Below are positions 38,938 through 51,945 of a stretch of 64,000 nt of DNA, piece by piece. The DNA is taken from positions 1 to 64,000 of the forward strand of contig NMRA01000959.1 in NCBI GenBank assembly GCA_002633005.1. The letters are read 5' to 3'. Positions within the stretch are counted from its first letter, which is position 1. Every line of letters starts with the position of its first letter. The notes below the pieces were generated by a model. That model had not been told where the DNA came from. It saw only the letters and a program-made list of their open reading frames with translations, and searched no databases. The position numbers and the translations under genes were made by a program. The DNA is from Phoronis australis (lineage: Eukaryota; Animalia; Phoronida).

Positions 38938-39969
38938 CAAAGTTACACAATGTAGGCCCTAACGTTTTTACCTATCCCTTCACCCGTTAGAGTTACGAAT
39001 GTGCCTAGTAAATGAAAACAGTAATGATATCAATAAATTGCAAGAAAAAAGTTTTTTTATAAATTCAAGGTACTTGTTTAAAGGCAGAGCACACTTCGAC
39101 TGATAGAATTCTAAGTGTAAGGGCAAAACGCCCACTGTACTGACGCCAAAGGCCCTTGTAGGCGTTTTGCCCACCAGCATGGAGGCATTTTATTCCCAGT
39201 GAACAGCATCCTATTTTTTAACAAAATACTGTACAAAGGGAGATAAGTCAAATTAAATGACTCTAACAACAACTTAATACACTAATTTAGCAGGGGAAAA
39301 TGTCAGTAATTATAAGTAACGCATGCTACACTAAACTTAACGAAGTGTTGTTTTTACAAGAAAACCAACGTAAATAATGAAGCATAGCTCATAAACATAC
39401 CGTTGAAGTCTGAGTTTCAAAAAAACGTGTCAGCAGACGATCGTGTTTAACCGGAAGACGTAATGCTTCACGTGACTCCCTACGTTGTACAATTTCCGAC
39501 TTATAGAGGGTAGGCGTCTGACCTCGCGTAGGCTTTTTGCCCCATGTTACTCTTCATGTACACATGTAGGTGAGTTACACAACCAGGCAAAGACTACCCA
39601 GTGAGTAGGCGTGGTGGGCTGCAAACTGAGTGAGACCACCAGCTAAGAGTACTGAATAAAAAACATTGAACAATAATTTTCAATACTTAATTAGAGGTTT
39701 CCGTAAACATGAAATCGATTTACTGCTTTTTATGTACATGTATATTTTTTAAAAACCTGCCCGATCAAAACTAATGAACGTCACCAACAACGCTCCGTCG
39801 TTTGATCCTTGAGAGCTCTAGACACACAATCAGTTGTTTCCAGAGCTTCAGAAAAGAGAAAATAACCTTACCTGGATGCCTCATTCGTTCCCTAAAGAAT
39901 TTCAATGACGAGATAGCTCACACTATTTGCTGTGCAGTCTGAGACTTAAAACAGTACTTCGGACATTAC
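38938..39969. repeat. Near-identical duplicate of 37623-38636, starting immediately after the single N at 38937
   Basis: Colinear. Paired ORFs 37665-37862 and 38980-39180 are almost identical. Confidence 0.95.
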
Positions 39970-42419
39970 ATGTTTTCTTTTCGATCATCTTGCTTGTGAT
40001 GAAATGCATTTTATCATGTAACTAACGTGACGTATAAACCCGTGCGTGGAGGGCTGGGTGTTCCTATTTGTTATTTGTTGCTTCATTTCACCTGTGCAAA
40101 CACGTGGCACTTCTTACTTGCATACCAAATTTAATAGTATTCCTCGTAGAATGCATATCAAGGATTCTGGATTCATAAAGTTGAGTTAAATCTGCAGTTT
40201 TGATGCTGTGAATGAGACTGAATGTGATGTTATTGTAGTTGAGATACCATGCTTGTCACTTTGGGGGCGTGGTTTTGATTACTACCTGCTGCCAATTTTC
40301 AGACATTGGACTTGAACAACAAATTTGTTCGCGCAGTTTCACTACAAGACAAAAAGTTCCGTCCGTCGTTAAGTTCTCAAGTGATCTAGCTAGGCTACAG
40401 GATTTCGGACCGACAGACAACCGCTAACAGCTTAAAGTTGACCCCTAGCACAACTAGGAGACGTTCGGTAAACCAAGTTTCTTGCTGGATGTGATGCAAG
40501 GGAAAATGCGGGCTGGCTATTAGGAGGCGGTTGGTCGGAAGAGATTTAAGCAACAAACGAACTAGAGTTTAACGAATCTATTGTGATATTTGAAGTGATA
40601 AGCCAAGCTGAGTGAAACTAAAGTATTAATCTTAACACTGCAGACTGTGCAGATTCAAGATGAGTGCGCACGAAAGACCACGAAACGGACTCATTTAAAA
40701 AAACGTAGAAAGTCACATAAAGCCTACATGTACAAGACACAATAATCAACCAGTTGAGTTCGATGTATGTATTTAAGTCGCACTGCATCCGAGAATATAC
40801 AGCAAACCAGTTTGTCTGAAATGATCGCAACAATGCACCAAGCCTTCTGGAAACTCAATCTTTAACAGTTGGTTGAACTTGTTTTGACCTGCTCTGTTAA
40901 GACTGTCGACAACTGACTCATTTCTAGCTCACTAGCCGATCGAGAATGTCACAAGGGGTGTAACCGCACGATCTGCATATGACAACGGTGTTTTTTTTTT
41001 ATTTTTGTCCATGACCCTGGGAGGGGGGTGCTCTGTCCACCTTAAAACCACTTTGTAACTGTCGCGACATTATTCCTTCACATTTTCGGCTTGACAAGGG
41101 AAATCACTTATTGATATTTTAACTTCAGTTTGGTATTACTGATTGAAATATGTTTCGAGTAATATCTAAATGATACGTGCGTCTTAAGTTCCTTTACCCC
41201 ACATATCGCGTTTTGGTCGTGATAGACCGATCACAAAAACCTCCCTCATTTTTGGGTCAGTGGAAATTCCAAAAAAACACATTTTTTGGCCGGTAACATG
41301 CAATTTCATTCCTATTCCCATTACCTGAAGGCGTTAAGTTCCATTGCCAGACCAGACATAGTTTATTGCCCCTTCTGCCAAACGGGTAACGAACAATTCG
41401 AATCTCTGATAAAAGCGAATGTCAAGTTTATAGTCCCTGTAACCTCCGAGCTGCGATCACAAAATTCTTATGCACACTAGTATACATGACATGCAGCACG
41501 ATCTTGTACTCGAGGTCATTGGTTAATGTATTGAATGATACATTGTTGAGCGTTAAGATCACTATGCATGCACAACCAACGATTAAATATATCCATCTAT
41601 TTGGCGTACCAACATATTACACTACGTAGGGATTTCTGTCGTTTGCACAACCTCTGGACGAATGCGGGTAAATGTTAATGAGACTCTTCCATTGACTATT
41701 TTTAAAATGAAGTAATATTACATAGACCCAAAATAATGATTGCATAGGTATTCATTATTTACTCAGTTTCTAATACGGTAGGCCAACCCCGTTTTCGTTT
41801 AATTCTTATCGTCCTAGCGCATGAACGGCAAATTTAGCTGCAGCAGTGCATTGTACACACATGAAATTGCAATGAGTGAAGATTAACTCTTGACATGAAA
41901 CTAGGAACTGGTATTTTTAATGGTTCATGGTTCCTAGAACGAGTTCTGAATAGTAGCGTTAGGTAGCCACCAAATACTTGCAGCCGAGAAAATATTCTTG
42001 AGCCCACAATAATGTATATTAACTAGAAAGATTATTGTCATGCCCTGAAACTTTCTATTTCGAATTGAATTAGACATACCATACTGATCAGTCATTACTT
42101 GGTGGCCTATAGTGATAAGAACTCATAGCCTTTTATCAATTCTAAAACGTGTTACAGCTAAGTTATCCATAGTGAGAGATCTTCAATACATCTTTTTTGT
42201 TTTCTTCAGCGAATTTGAGTGTTCAAACTCTTATTTTGCACCTTCTTTTGTCCGTTACTATTTGGTCATATTCCCTCTGTACATATCTTTAGGTCAATCA
42301 TTATCTATTTGTTTCACTTGCAACAGAACTAACTGGTTTCCCAAGATTAAATTCATATGTTGTGCTTTTCAACTAAGTAGCTATGTATGTACCTGTAAGC
42401 GAGCCTATGATCTTATTTT

Positions 42420-45400
42420 TTTTAAAATGACTCCCCTAATTGTCCTTACTACCTTATTCATTTAACAACCCTTGAATTTTCAACAAGCATTGGTGTATTA
42501 ATTGTTAAATACGGCTATCCTTTGAGTGCCTCGAGTAGTGTGAGTTTCTCTGGTCTTACAATGTTTTCATCCGCATGGTAACAGTTCAATTCTTCTCACC
42601 GGTATCGAATGAGATATCACGCTATGCGGGTTCAGCTTACTGATGTGTCTTACTATTGTTTACATAACACCTGACTGTATGGATTACGGAATCGTCATTG
42701 GCATGTGCCTCCTTTTAGCTGGCGATGTTGAAGAAAATCCTGGGCCTGAAGACAATACTACCTTTAAAATCTTATTTTCAAATATTAACAGCATTAAATC
42801 CAACAATTTCTCCAGATTCCATTTTCTAAAAAGCTTTGTTCTGTCTCACGATTACATGATTGTCGCTCTGTGAAACTTGTAATGTTACCAAAGACGACCT
42901 TGATAATGAACTAATCATTCCTGGTTACAGTGTAGCCTATCACAGTAACAGTGGCCGTGGCATCATCTTATTCACTAAAAACTCTCATTTAAATTATGTC
43001 ATAGCTTAACTTGTCCTCAGTTATGCAACTGCTGGATCGAAATTTATTTCGATCACAGAAAAATTTACTATGGGTTGTTTTATCGCTCACCTTCTCAATC
43101 ACCAACTGAAAGAAAACTCTACTTCAAAGCCCTAGCCTATCAGTTAGCGGAACTTAACCTCAATTTCGTTAGTATAATCATAAATGGTGATTTCAATGCC
43201 CGAAACTCTACATGGTACAATGATGATCATGACAATACGGCCGGTCTACAATTGTTTGATATCTTATTGTCTAATGACTGCATACAACTAATTAATGAGC
43301 CAACCAGTATCACCGACGTTTCTCATTCATGTATTGACCTCTGTATAACAAACAATTTGAGTATCATTGACTCATGTTCTGTACAACCTCCTGTTGGCAA
43401 TTCTGATCACCACACAAACGAAACCACTCTAACACTTAAAAAACCGGTTAAAGAACAACACACCACTCGAACCAATTGGAAATATGATCAGGTCGACACC
43501 GATAAACTGCATCAGGATATCACCAACACTGACTGGGATTCCATATTGAACACTGGCGACATTGATGACACTGTTTCACTCTTCACTAGTACTCTCTATG
43601 AAAGTTTAAAAAAACAACATCCCATCAACTGAAAAGATAATTAAACACAACAGCCAACAATACTGTTAAACGGGCAATCCGCACAAGAAACAGACTTTAC
43701 AGCTCTTTCAGAAGATCTAACAACACTATAATCTACAACAGATATAAGGAGCAGTCACGTCTTGTTGAAACTTTAGTAAATCAAGCCAAAGCTGATCACC
43801 GACACAAGCTTTTTCAACAAATTAACAGCGCAAGCAAGAACTCCAAACAATACTGGAACATCATCAATAAAATACGCGACAATCAACAACAATCCTCCTA
43901 TCCTGTCATCAACTATAATTGTTACCTAGCCTCAAGTAGTAGTGACAAGTGTGATTTGTTTCTCAAATTTTTCACGAACAAAAGCCACATTATACCAACT
44001 GAAGTAGGTAACTTTCCCTTTCTTCGTGAACGTTGTCTCAATCAACAGTCTGACATCCCGGCTAGTCAAACTGATGTCTGGAAGTAACTCAATGAAATTG
44101 GCTCCAATAAGAATGATGGCACAGCTTGAATAACCAGCAAGATGATCAAAATGATTGCCAATGAAATTACCATGCCCCTGACCAATCTGTTTAACAAAAT
44201 TCTTCAGCTAGGTATATATCCGTCTTCTGGAAACATGAAATTATGGTCCCTATACACAAAAAAGGCTCCAAAACTGAAATTTCAAATTATTGCCCAATAA
44301 CTTTACTTAACACCCTGTCCAAAATCTTTGAGAAGATCATTGCTCAAAGTATTCTTACATTTCTCAAACAAAACAACTTGATCTATCATCGCCAATTTGT
44401 TTTTTTTTTGCGTGGGAACAGTACCGTGGCACAACTTGTTGAAATAGTACATGAGATTCATTTACATTTTTAGAAGGGCGAGAGTGTCAGGTCCATTTTT
44501 GTAGATATAGCTTCTGCTTTCGACTGTGTCCCTCACGACCTTCTACTTCACAAACTTCGATCCTATGGCATTACTGATAATCTTTTAAACATGATCCCCT
44601 CATATCTCTCCGAAAGAACATATAGTGTTCGTGTCGACGGCGTCCTTCCGACTTTATCCCCTCCTGGATTTGTAAACGCAGGTGTACCGCAGGATATCGT
44701 ATTGGGCCCTCTTCTCTTCTTGGTTTATATTAATGACCTTCCTGATAACCTGACATGTAGCACATACCTTTATGCAGATGACACGGCGCTTTTTCACCCC
44801 TTCGCAGGGAGCAGCCCTGAATGCTCTTTGCAGCTTCAACACGACTTAAATAAACTCAGCTAATGGCCACAAGAATGGAGAATGAATTTTAAACCAGAAA
44901 AAAACGTTGACCTCACCTTCTCCAAATCTATTAATGCTCTCTTCCTTGTTGACATGTGTTATGACCTTCAACTTAATGATGAAATCATTCCTAGAAAACA
45001 GTCGCACAGACATCTACTGTAGGTGTACTGTTAGATGAAAAACTCTCATTCACCCCTCACGTTCGGGAGCTCGTACAAAAAACTCAGGAACTGATTAACC
45101 CACTTAAGCTTGTCTCTCGTCATCTGAATTCTACACACCTAGAAGTTTTGTTCAAATCATTTATACTTCCACACATTGATTATTGTGATATTATATATCA
45201 GTCTGCCAATACGGGTGCACTCCAACATTTGCAGAAGTTACAATATCAAGCCGCCTTACTCATGACCGGAGCTTACAGGGGATCCAATAGTGTTAAGGTT
45301 TTGAATAGTCTCAAGTGGCCCAAACTGTCTACTCGACGCAATCTTCACATGACCACATTTACTTTCAAGGTAATAAACAATGTCAACAACGTGTCTGTCA

Positions 45401-46202
45401 AAAAAATATTTGATCTATATACTAGACAAGGCCATCGTAGTGATTTGAGATCCTCCACCCCATATGCAATTCCTCCGTCGTTCAGTCAGGCATTCAGAAG
45501 GTCTACAGTCATGATGTGCATCAACAACTGGAATTCTCTTCCAGTCTCTGTTAAGGAAAGCAACTCTTTTACGAGTATAAAAAATAATTTTAGAACTGTT
45601 TTTCATAATTTTGATAACTCAACACCCTTGACTCAATTCTCCCTTACCCGCGATAACGAAATAGCATTGTGCAGATCAAAATGTGGCCTTTTCCTCAACT
45701 CTGACAAGTTCAGCCGCAACTTTAGTAATGTCTCTCCAAACTGTAAATGTGGTGACCATCAATCTTATCCTCATATTTTCTTCAAATGTCCCCTCATCGA
45801 ATCCCTGAGAGACTCACTCTTTCGTGCACTCAATGATAACGCTCTCAATTCTTGTAATATTATCCCTACTAGAGTTACATTATTACTGAATGGTAGTCCT
45901 AACCTTGACTTTGTTCTCAACGAATTCCTCCTAAGCAACGTAAGCAAATTTTTATGTACCGTTTATCAATATTGTTGCATCTGATTTCCCTACATTTATC
46001 TGTACATATTTTTGTTTTTATATATCTGTAATAGCATGTCTAAGTATTGGAATACTTATTTTAGATACTACTTAATTGTATATACCTCTATGTATATAAG
46101 TTTCATTTATGAATTGTTTATAACCCAGATATAATCCTTCGCGGTTTCTGGGTTTGTTATTATTTCTTTGTGTGTTCTGTGTATCCTTCAATAAATATAT
46201 AT
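42420..46202 (+). mobile_element. Near full-length decayed non-LTR retrotransposon, family C (L2/CR1/Crack group): 2A + APE + RT + C-terminal Cys motif
   Basis: NINSI, FYRSP, GDFNAR, INEPT, CIDL, SDH; [40 protein letters not shown]; C-terminal CKCG...H.FF.CP. 3' stem-loop cccaga...tctggg followed by aataaa. Several stops and frameshifts; 5' boundary uncertain. Confidence 0.93.
42688..42747 (+). other. 2A (StopGo) ribosome-skipping peptide
   Basis: GIVIGMCLLLAGDVEENPG-P is an exact match to the D(V/I)ExNPGP consensus, in frame with the APE start (FKILFSNINSI). Confidence 0.92.
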
Positions 46203-46559
46203 CGCAGTCCGGGTACGCTTATGCCATCCTTGAAAAGGTCGACCCCTTTTCCCTGTAGAATGCCGTCGACACCATGGTAGTTTCAGACACTTGAATAAAA
46301 TTACTGGCTGCTTATTCCTGTGTCACACTGCAGCAGCAGCCCTTAGCTATCCTCAGCGCCAGCTTACAGTATGAAGACTATCGTCAAATTACAGCTTGTT
46401 AGTAGGCCTATACAGCTTTGCGCCATGGCTACCCTTGGGCCTACCTGGCACTTGGCCACAGTGCTCGCTCAAACGAGGTTTTTTTAGAACTCGGGGTTTT
46501 CTGGCAAACTGCGCAAAGTTGTTGACTTTCAAGGGACATTTGCCTAGACATTGCATGAG

Positions 46560-46700
46560 TGCAGCAAGCCTAAAAATGGGGTGCCGGAATTTTTTGAATG
46601 TGTACCGTTTGCTATAAGATTCACTGATTATGTTCAGAGCTATGAATTGCAGGTGCTACATTTTGGTACTTCCTGCCTTTTAGTTGATTTTTGTCTGTTT
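46560..46700. repeat. Diverged dispersed repeat related to ~60580-60720
   Basis: Both read gcctaaaaa(t)tgggg...gattcac...gttcagagctatgaa...ttagt.ga.tt.tgtct. Confidence 0.6.
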
Positions 46701-48893
46701 TTCTACTTTTTTCGGATATCGTGCTTCTCTAATTGAGGAAGACCTTTTTCCATTCCTCCAAAAAGGGGACTCGTTGGAGCACATAAGTATGACAAATCTA
46801 ATACAAAATGTTATCATTTTTTTATCCATCAAGCAGTGAGTACGAAAGAAGTGACCTTACAACTGCGCCACATCGATAATTGTAATTTGTGGGTGGCAAT
46901 CTCAGTGACAGCATTGCAAGAACCCATAAAATGATAAACTTCCAGTGAACTTGGTTTTCAACTTTATGTTTTATTTAAGCATTATTCTATTGAAATAATA
47001 ATAAACTCAAGGCATCAAGAAATCTTTCCTGATGAAGCTACTGAGCATATTATTTATGGCAAGCTAAATATATCATGCTTTGGTCACTCAATCATTGAAA
47101 TGAAAGAACACATCAGATGGCGATTATGATTTGTTAATTTAGATTTAGGTGTTCCACGGTTCAAATCAAAAGCAAGTGCTTTCAGTCAGAACTCTATATT
47201 TGGTTTCACCTTCTTCACAGAGTCTCCATAAGCATTAATTTGTAGTAATTGAATGTTTGACTTAACGTGAATAAAGTGTATTACTACTTAAAGGCTTTCA
47301 ATGTAGTTGACATTTATATCTACTGTACATCAGTCAAAATGAAATAATCTCAGTATAGGAAAGCTATGTAAGCCAAAATAATTAACCATAATAAGTTACT
47401 TAAAATGCACACCACTTTACAACATTTAACCATTGCAAACACTATCCAACAGCACAAGTTTTTATGATATGAAAATGGACATACGTGTAACTATTGCCAT
47501 GCTGACCGAATAGTGTTTCCTTAAATCAGAATTTGACAAGCATGGTTTAAAAAACAAGATGTTACAAGGAACAAGAATTGAAGGCTTGAAGTTTCACAAT
47601 CCAACACAGCATATTTCTCTAAGGTTCTTCATATTGTTGACTTGATAACCTGATAATATGAATCATTTTCTGACACTTAATCAAGCCTTTAACAGCAGTC
47701 AAACAAAAAACATTTCAAAATTATTTCAACTATTTTTAGCTTAGTGCAAAATCACCTGAATGGGATATCCACAGTGAAATGATTCGATATACAGTGTATC
47801 TGATGTATTTGCACAAAAACACCTAAATTCCTTTTTTGTACCAACGTTTGTCAAAATGTATCAACGTTAAATCTTCACGAATTACAACGTAACAGGTTGA
47901 ACATCCTTCCAGTTCAGCAAAAGTAGCCATGTTGTCGGTGCTGCCAGAAATGAAACCAACGGGAATTGTGAGCACATTTATCACATAATAAGTAACAACT
48001 GCGGATCTGAAATTTGGTGAAAACGTGGAGAATAGTTAGTAAAGATATGTCTCACCAAATTTTTCCGTAAACTGTTGAGTGAAACAACTTACACAAAGTT
48101 TCAAACTCGTAAGTTATCCCGCTGTCGTCTAAGATGGCCGACGCGATCCAAACAAAGTGACCCAGATTTCGCCGCAAAAATTAAAGTAACTTTACACTGC
48201 TTAACCCGATTTTGATACTTTTTCGATTTTTACTGAGTAGAATGAACTATCTTTCCGATGATAGCGCAACACTTTTTCAAATCGAAAAAAAAGTAAGAAA
48301 GGAAAAAAAATTGATTTGACTCGTATTGGTTCCTAGGTTCGACTACCCAACATAATACGAACTAAACACAAATGCTATTTAAACATAACAAACAACAGTA
48401 CGTGTAACATTACAAAACATTCAACAACCGCTAACTACAAATTATAAATACACTACACATAAAAACGAATCACGATAAACTACTAATAAAACAAAAGATT
48501 GAAGACTTCTCGAGCTAGCGATAGCACGTTTTGTTACAAGGAAAAATGGCGGCGTCCAGGACAAGCTCCTGAACTGACGAATGGGAAATGTGGATACGGA
48601 AATAGCCGATGACATCCGGTAAATCTACGCTCCCAGAGAAGGGTCAAATACTGTTAAAAATCGTTTTTGTCACGAAAGGTGACAAGAATATAACGAAAAG
48701 GTATCGAAAATAAGATTTTATTCAGTACTTTCTGGTATTGGAACCGCATTGCATTTTGAGATAAGGACTTTAAAACCTAATGATGGATTTTTTGTTGTAT
48801 ATTATTGTCCAAATCACATGTGAAAAATGCAAAACGCCGCTCAGGGGATGTATGTAATAAGAGTTGGCTTCAAACATTAATTACACATATATC

Positions 48894-48965
48894 GAGTTCT
48901 CAGTAGCTCAGTGGTAAGAGCACTAGACCGGCAATTTAGAGATCTAGATTCCCAGTAGGGGCTCA
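48894..48965 (+). mobile_element. Degenerate tRNA-derived sequence (SINE head or tRNA pseudogene), same family as the 32060-32122 insert
   Basis: gagttctcagtagctcagtggtaagagcactagaccggca has an A-box TAGCTCAGTGG; the B-box is degenerate. Confidence 0.7.
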
Positions 48966-51599
48966 TGATTTCTATGTGTTTATATAAAAAATAAAGCATA
49001 GTAAATGGATATAATATAAAACACTCTACATCATGATAACAGGGGAGGCAATCTACAGTAAAATTAACAATATTATACGCGCATATATTTTGAAACCATT
49101 TTGAGAATGAATGCTGTGTGTGATAATGTATAATCAGGACGCACGCGATGACTTTCACATCATTGAACAACTAAGAAGAAGTGTATAACAAAAGAGATTC
49201 GCACACCATTGGTGCATATGTCGTAATGCTGGTCTGATCAACATTCTCATTGGTACAGGTATAATTGAGGGAGATATTTCTCCGACCAATAGCCTCACTG
49301 GTACATGTATAATATGGGGGATATTGGTCCTATCAACTGCCCCATTGGTAAAATGCAGGACCGATATTGGTAGCATTACCATCGAAACAATTGTGCGTAA
49401 GCGAATTGATTACAGTTCTTGCATTTTTGCGACATTGATAGGGGTCGGTAAACTTGCTGTCACAATTCACGGCAAGTTATTACTGGCGAAAGGAGTTTTA
49501 GATTCAGTGGGATCAAAATATGAATTGGTTACTTAAACTGTGTAAATCTTTGACCACGGTAGGAGGAAATGTAAGCATGTGCGTTTCATTTTCGGGAACG
49601 TTAACTATGACTCTTAAGTCACGTTGCACTTAGTGTTGAATGCATTGCGAACAATTCGATGGAGTTTGAGAACATCAACTACTAAACACGAGATTTCTTG
49701 GGTTGAAAAAGGTCACACGGTGAGAAAGTTGAAAAACCGCCAACCGATCTTAGTAAAGCCTCGGTCCCTAGGGTTTTTAGACTCAGCTCTTTTTAGCTCT
49801 CATAACAAACGCCGTGGCTAAAAATACACCAACAGCCAGAGCACTTGGCCATGTACCAACACCTGACCATAAGAGCCTTTAGAATCCACCTCAGTATATA
49901 ACAAAAGGATTTTCTGCCGCTGTATACAATATGGGTGCTACCCCAGGGAACGTAACAAGGGGTAAAAAATAAGTACTGTATCGCACTTAACACCGAATCA
50001 CCATGACACATAAATTACAGTCTGGACCCCAAAAAATGAACAAGCTCATACGTTCGAAGTACCACAAAAAATTACATTTGATTCAATACATGTCACTGAT
50101 CTCTAACTGACCAATGGCAGAAAACAATGCACAATAGCCAGAAAATGTCAACCACGGTATGCCATTAAAAGTCTCAGATAGATTAGATATTCGAGGTAAC
50201 AGTTGAAACTGATTTAAAACGAACAATATTACTGTACTGAACACCGAATAAGTCATTACGAATTAATTGTACTCTGGAAAGGGTCTGACAGAAACCAAAA
50301 ATAATCCCCAGGAGTAAGCTGACTATTTAAATGTTACCTTTCATTTTGTAATTCGATCAGTTTCTCTTACTGTCTTTGTGCGTTTTTATTGAGGGCCCCC
50401 ATGGAAAGCCTTATTTCCTGATGGGGCTACCCTCATTGTAAATGTTATATTCATAAATATATAAATTGGGACCACAAAAACCAATTCGATTTTATTAAAT
50501 GCATGTCACTGAGCATTAATAGCCCGGTGACAGACAGGTTAAACTTCTAGTCGTGGCTACAAAAAACCCAAAACATGTCAACCACCGTATGCCATTGAAA
50601 GTTTGAGCTAGATAGATATTCGAGGTACCAGCTCAAAGTGGACTCTCTCCTTGCTTAACAGTAATACTATCGTGACACTGATTGCCTGATGGGTAATAAT
50701 CGGAACATCAGCATTTTTGAAAATACTTAATGAATATTGGCATACTATGAACTGTCAAAAAACAACCAATTAAGTGACGATTAAGGCCGCAGCTACTGTA
50801 GCATAGTAAGCTTAACTATCTTCCTTGTTTTTTCCACGCTAGTTGAACAGGAAAATATGGTTAAGACGCAAGAGAAATCATAATGGCATATGGTAGTATG
50901 TCAATTTAGCAGCACGTCAAAAAGAGAGAGATTTACATGGTGTTTCGGAATGGTGGAAAAATTCAAAAAAGTGGGACGGTCCGTAAAGATCTTGCCAACT
51001 GGAAAATACACAGTGCGCTGTCAGCAACTGGAACTACTGGAGTGGGTTTTTTACAAACATAAACTTTTATATTTAAAAAACCTTAGTTCACTGGTGTAAT
51101 TATGCACTACTGATAACAGACGGTACAGTTAAACACTACAAAATAACAATGTTACTTAAACAAACCTGTTTTAGAGAATAAACTTTTCATTGAGGACAAA
51201 TGTAACCCCTTTCCGTGAAACAGCGTACCACAAATTTAACACCCAAATTTGTTATGTTGAAAAACTCCCTGTATGCCGAACGGGACACTTAAGGGACAGT
51301 TTGGCATCCTCCCTGCGACAAGAATGGTCGAAAGACCTATATGGACCATTATCCTTTCTTACAGTGGTACTATGGCGTCTGGTCAGGCGCCTGATTCCCA
51401 TGGTTCTCAGGAAGAGTTCGAAAGGCTTCTTATGTACCTTCCTGTTTACCAACTCAAATGGCAATGCATTGTGACACGGATGTATTTGTTGCGGGGCTAT
51501 TCCAAAGTTTTAATGTCATATGGTATTTTCCAAGATGCTTACTTTACGCCACCATCCATTGTCCATTCCTTATTCATTTTAATGAAGAAGAGAGTTCAG

Positions 51600-51945
51600 T
51601 ACAGGCGAAAGTACATGTATTGCGGAAATACAAGAATACACCACGAACTTCAAACTAAGCACTTCGTCACGCCTATACAGATTTATCCAGTTCATCATTG
51701 CCTATTTCATATATCACACGTTTTTAACAGAATCATGTGGTGGAGATTTCTGGGGATGGCATGCACAACCCAGAAAATATTGCTTTTTCTCACAGGCCAT
51801 TTAATAACCAGTAACTTCCATTTGAATCACATTGAGTTGTTTTTTGCAGTTCGTCGAAAAAATGACCAAGTTTATTTTTGGGCATGGTTTTTGAGGTTCT
51901 GGCACACTCCTTCCAGTTTGCAATTTGTATGTCTTGGGTCATTCT
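51600..51945 (-). mobile_element. Highly decayed LINE AP-endonuclease fragment
   Basis: Minus-strand pieces DIQIANW...AR...NK, LYRRD and RGVFLYFR resemble APE N-terminal motifs. Multiple frameshifts. Confidence 0.5.

Noticed and set aside
48894-48965. Functional tRNA gene
   Set aside because: The T-arm/B-box is degenerate and the acceptor stem does not pair well; treated as a tRNA-derived repeat.
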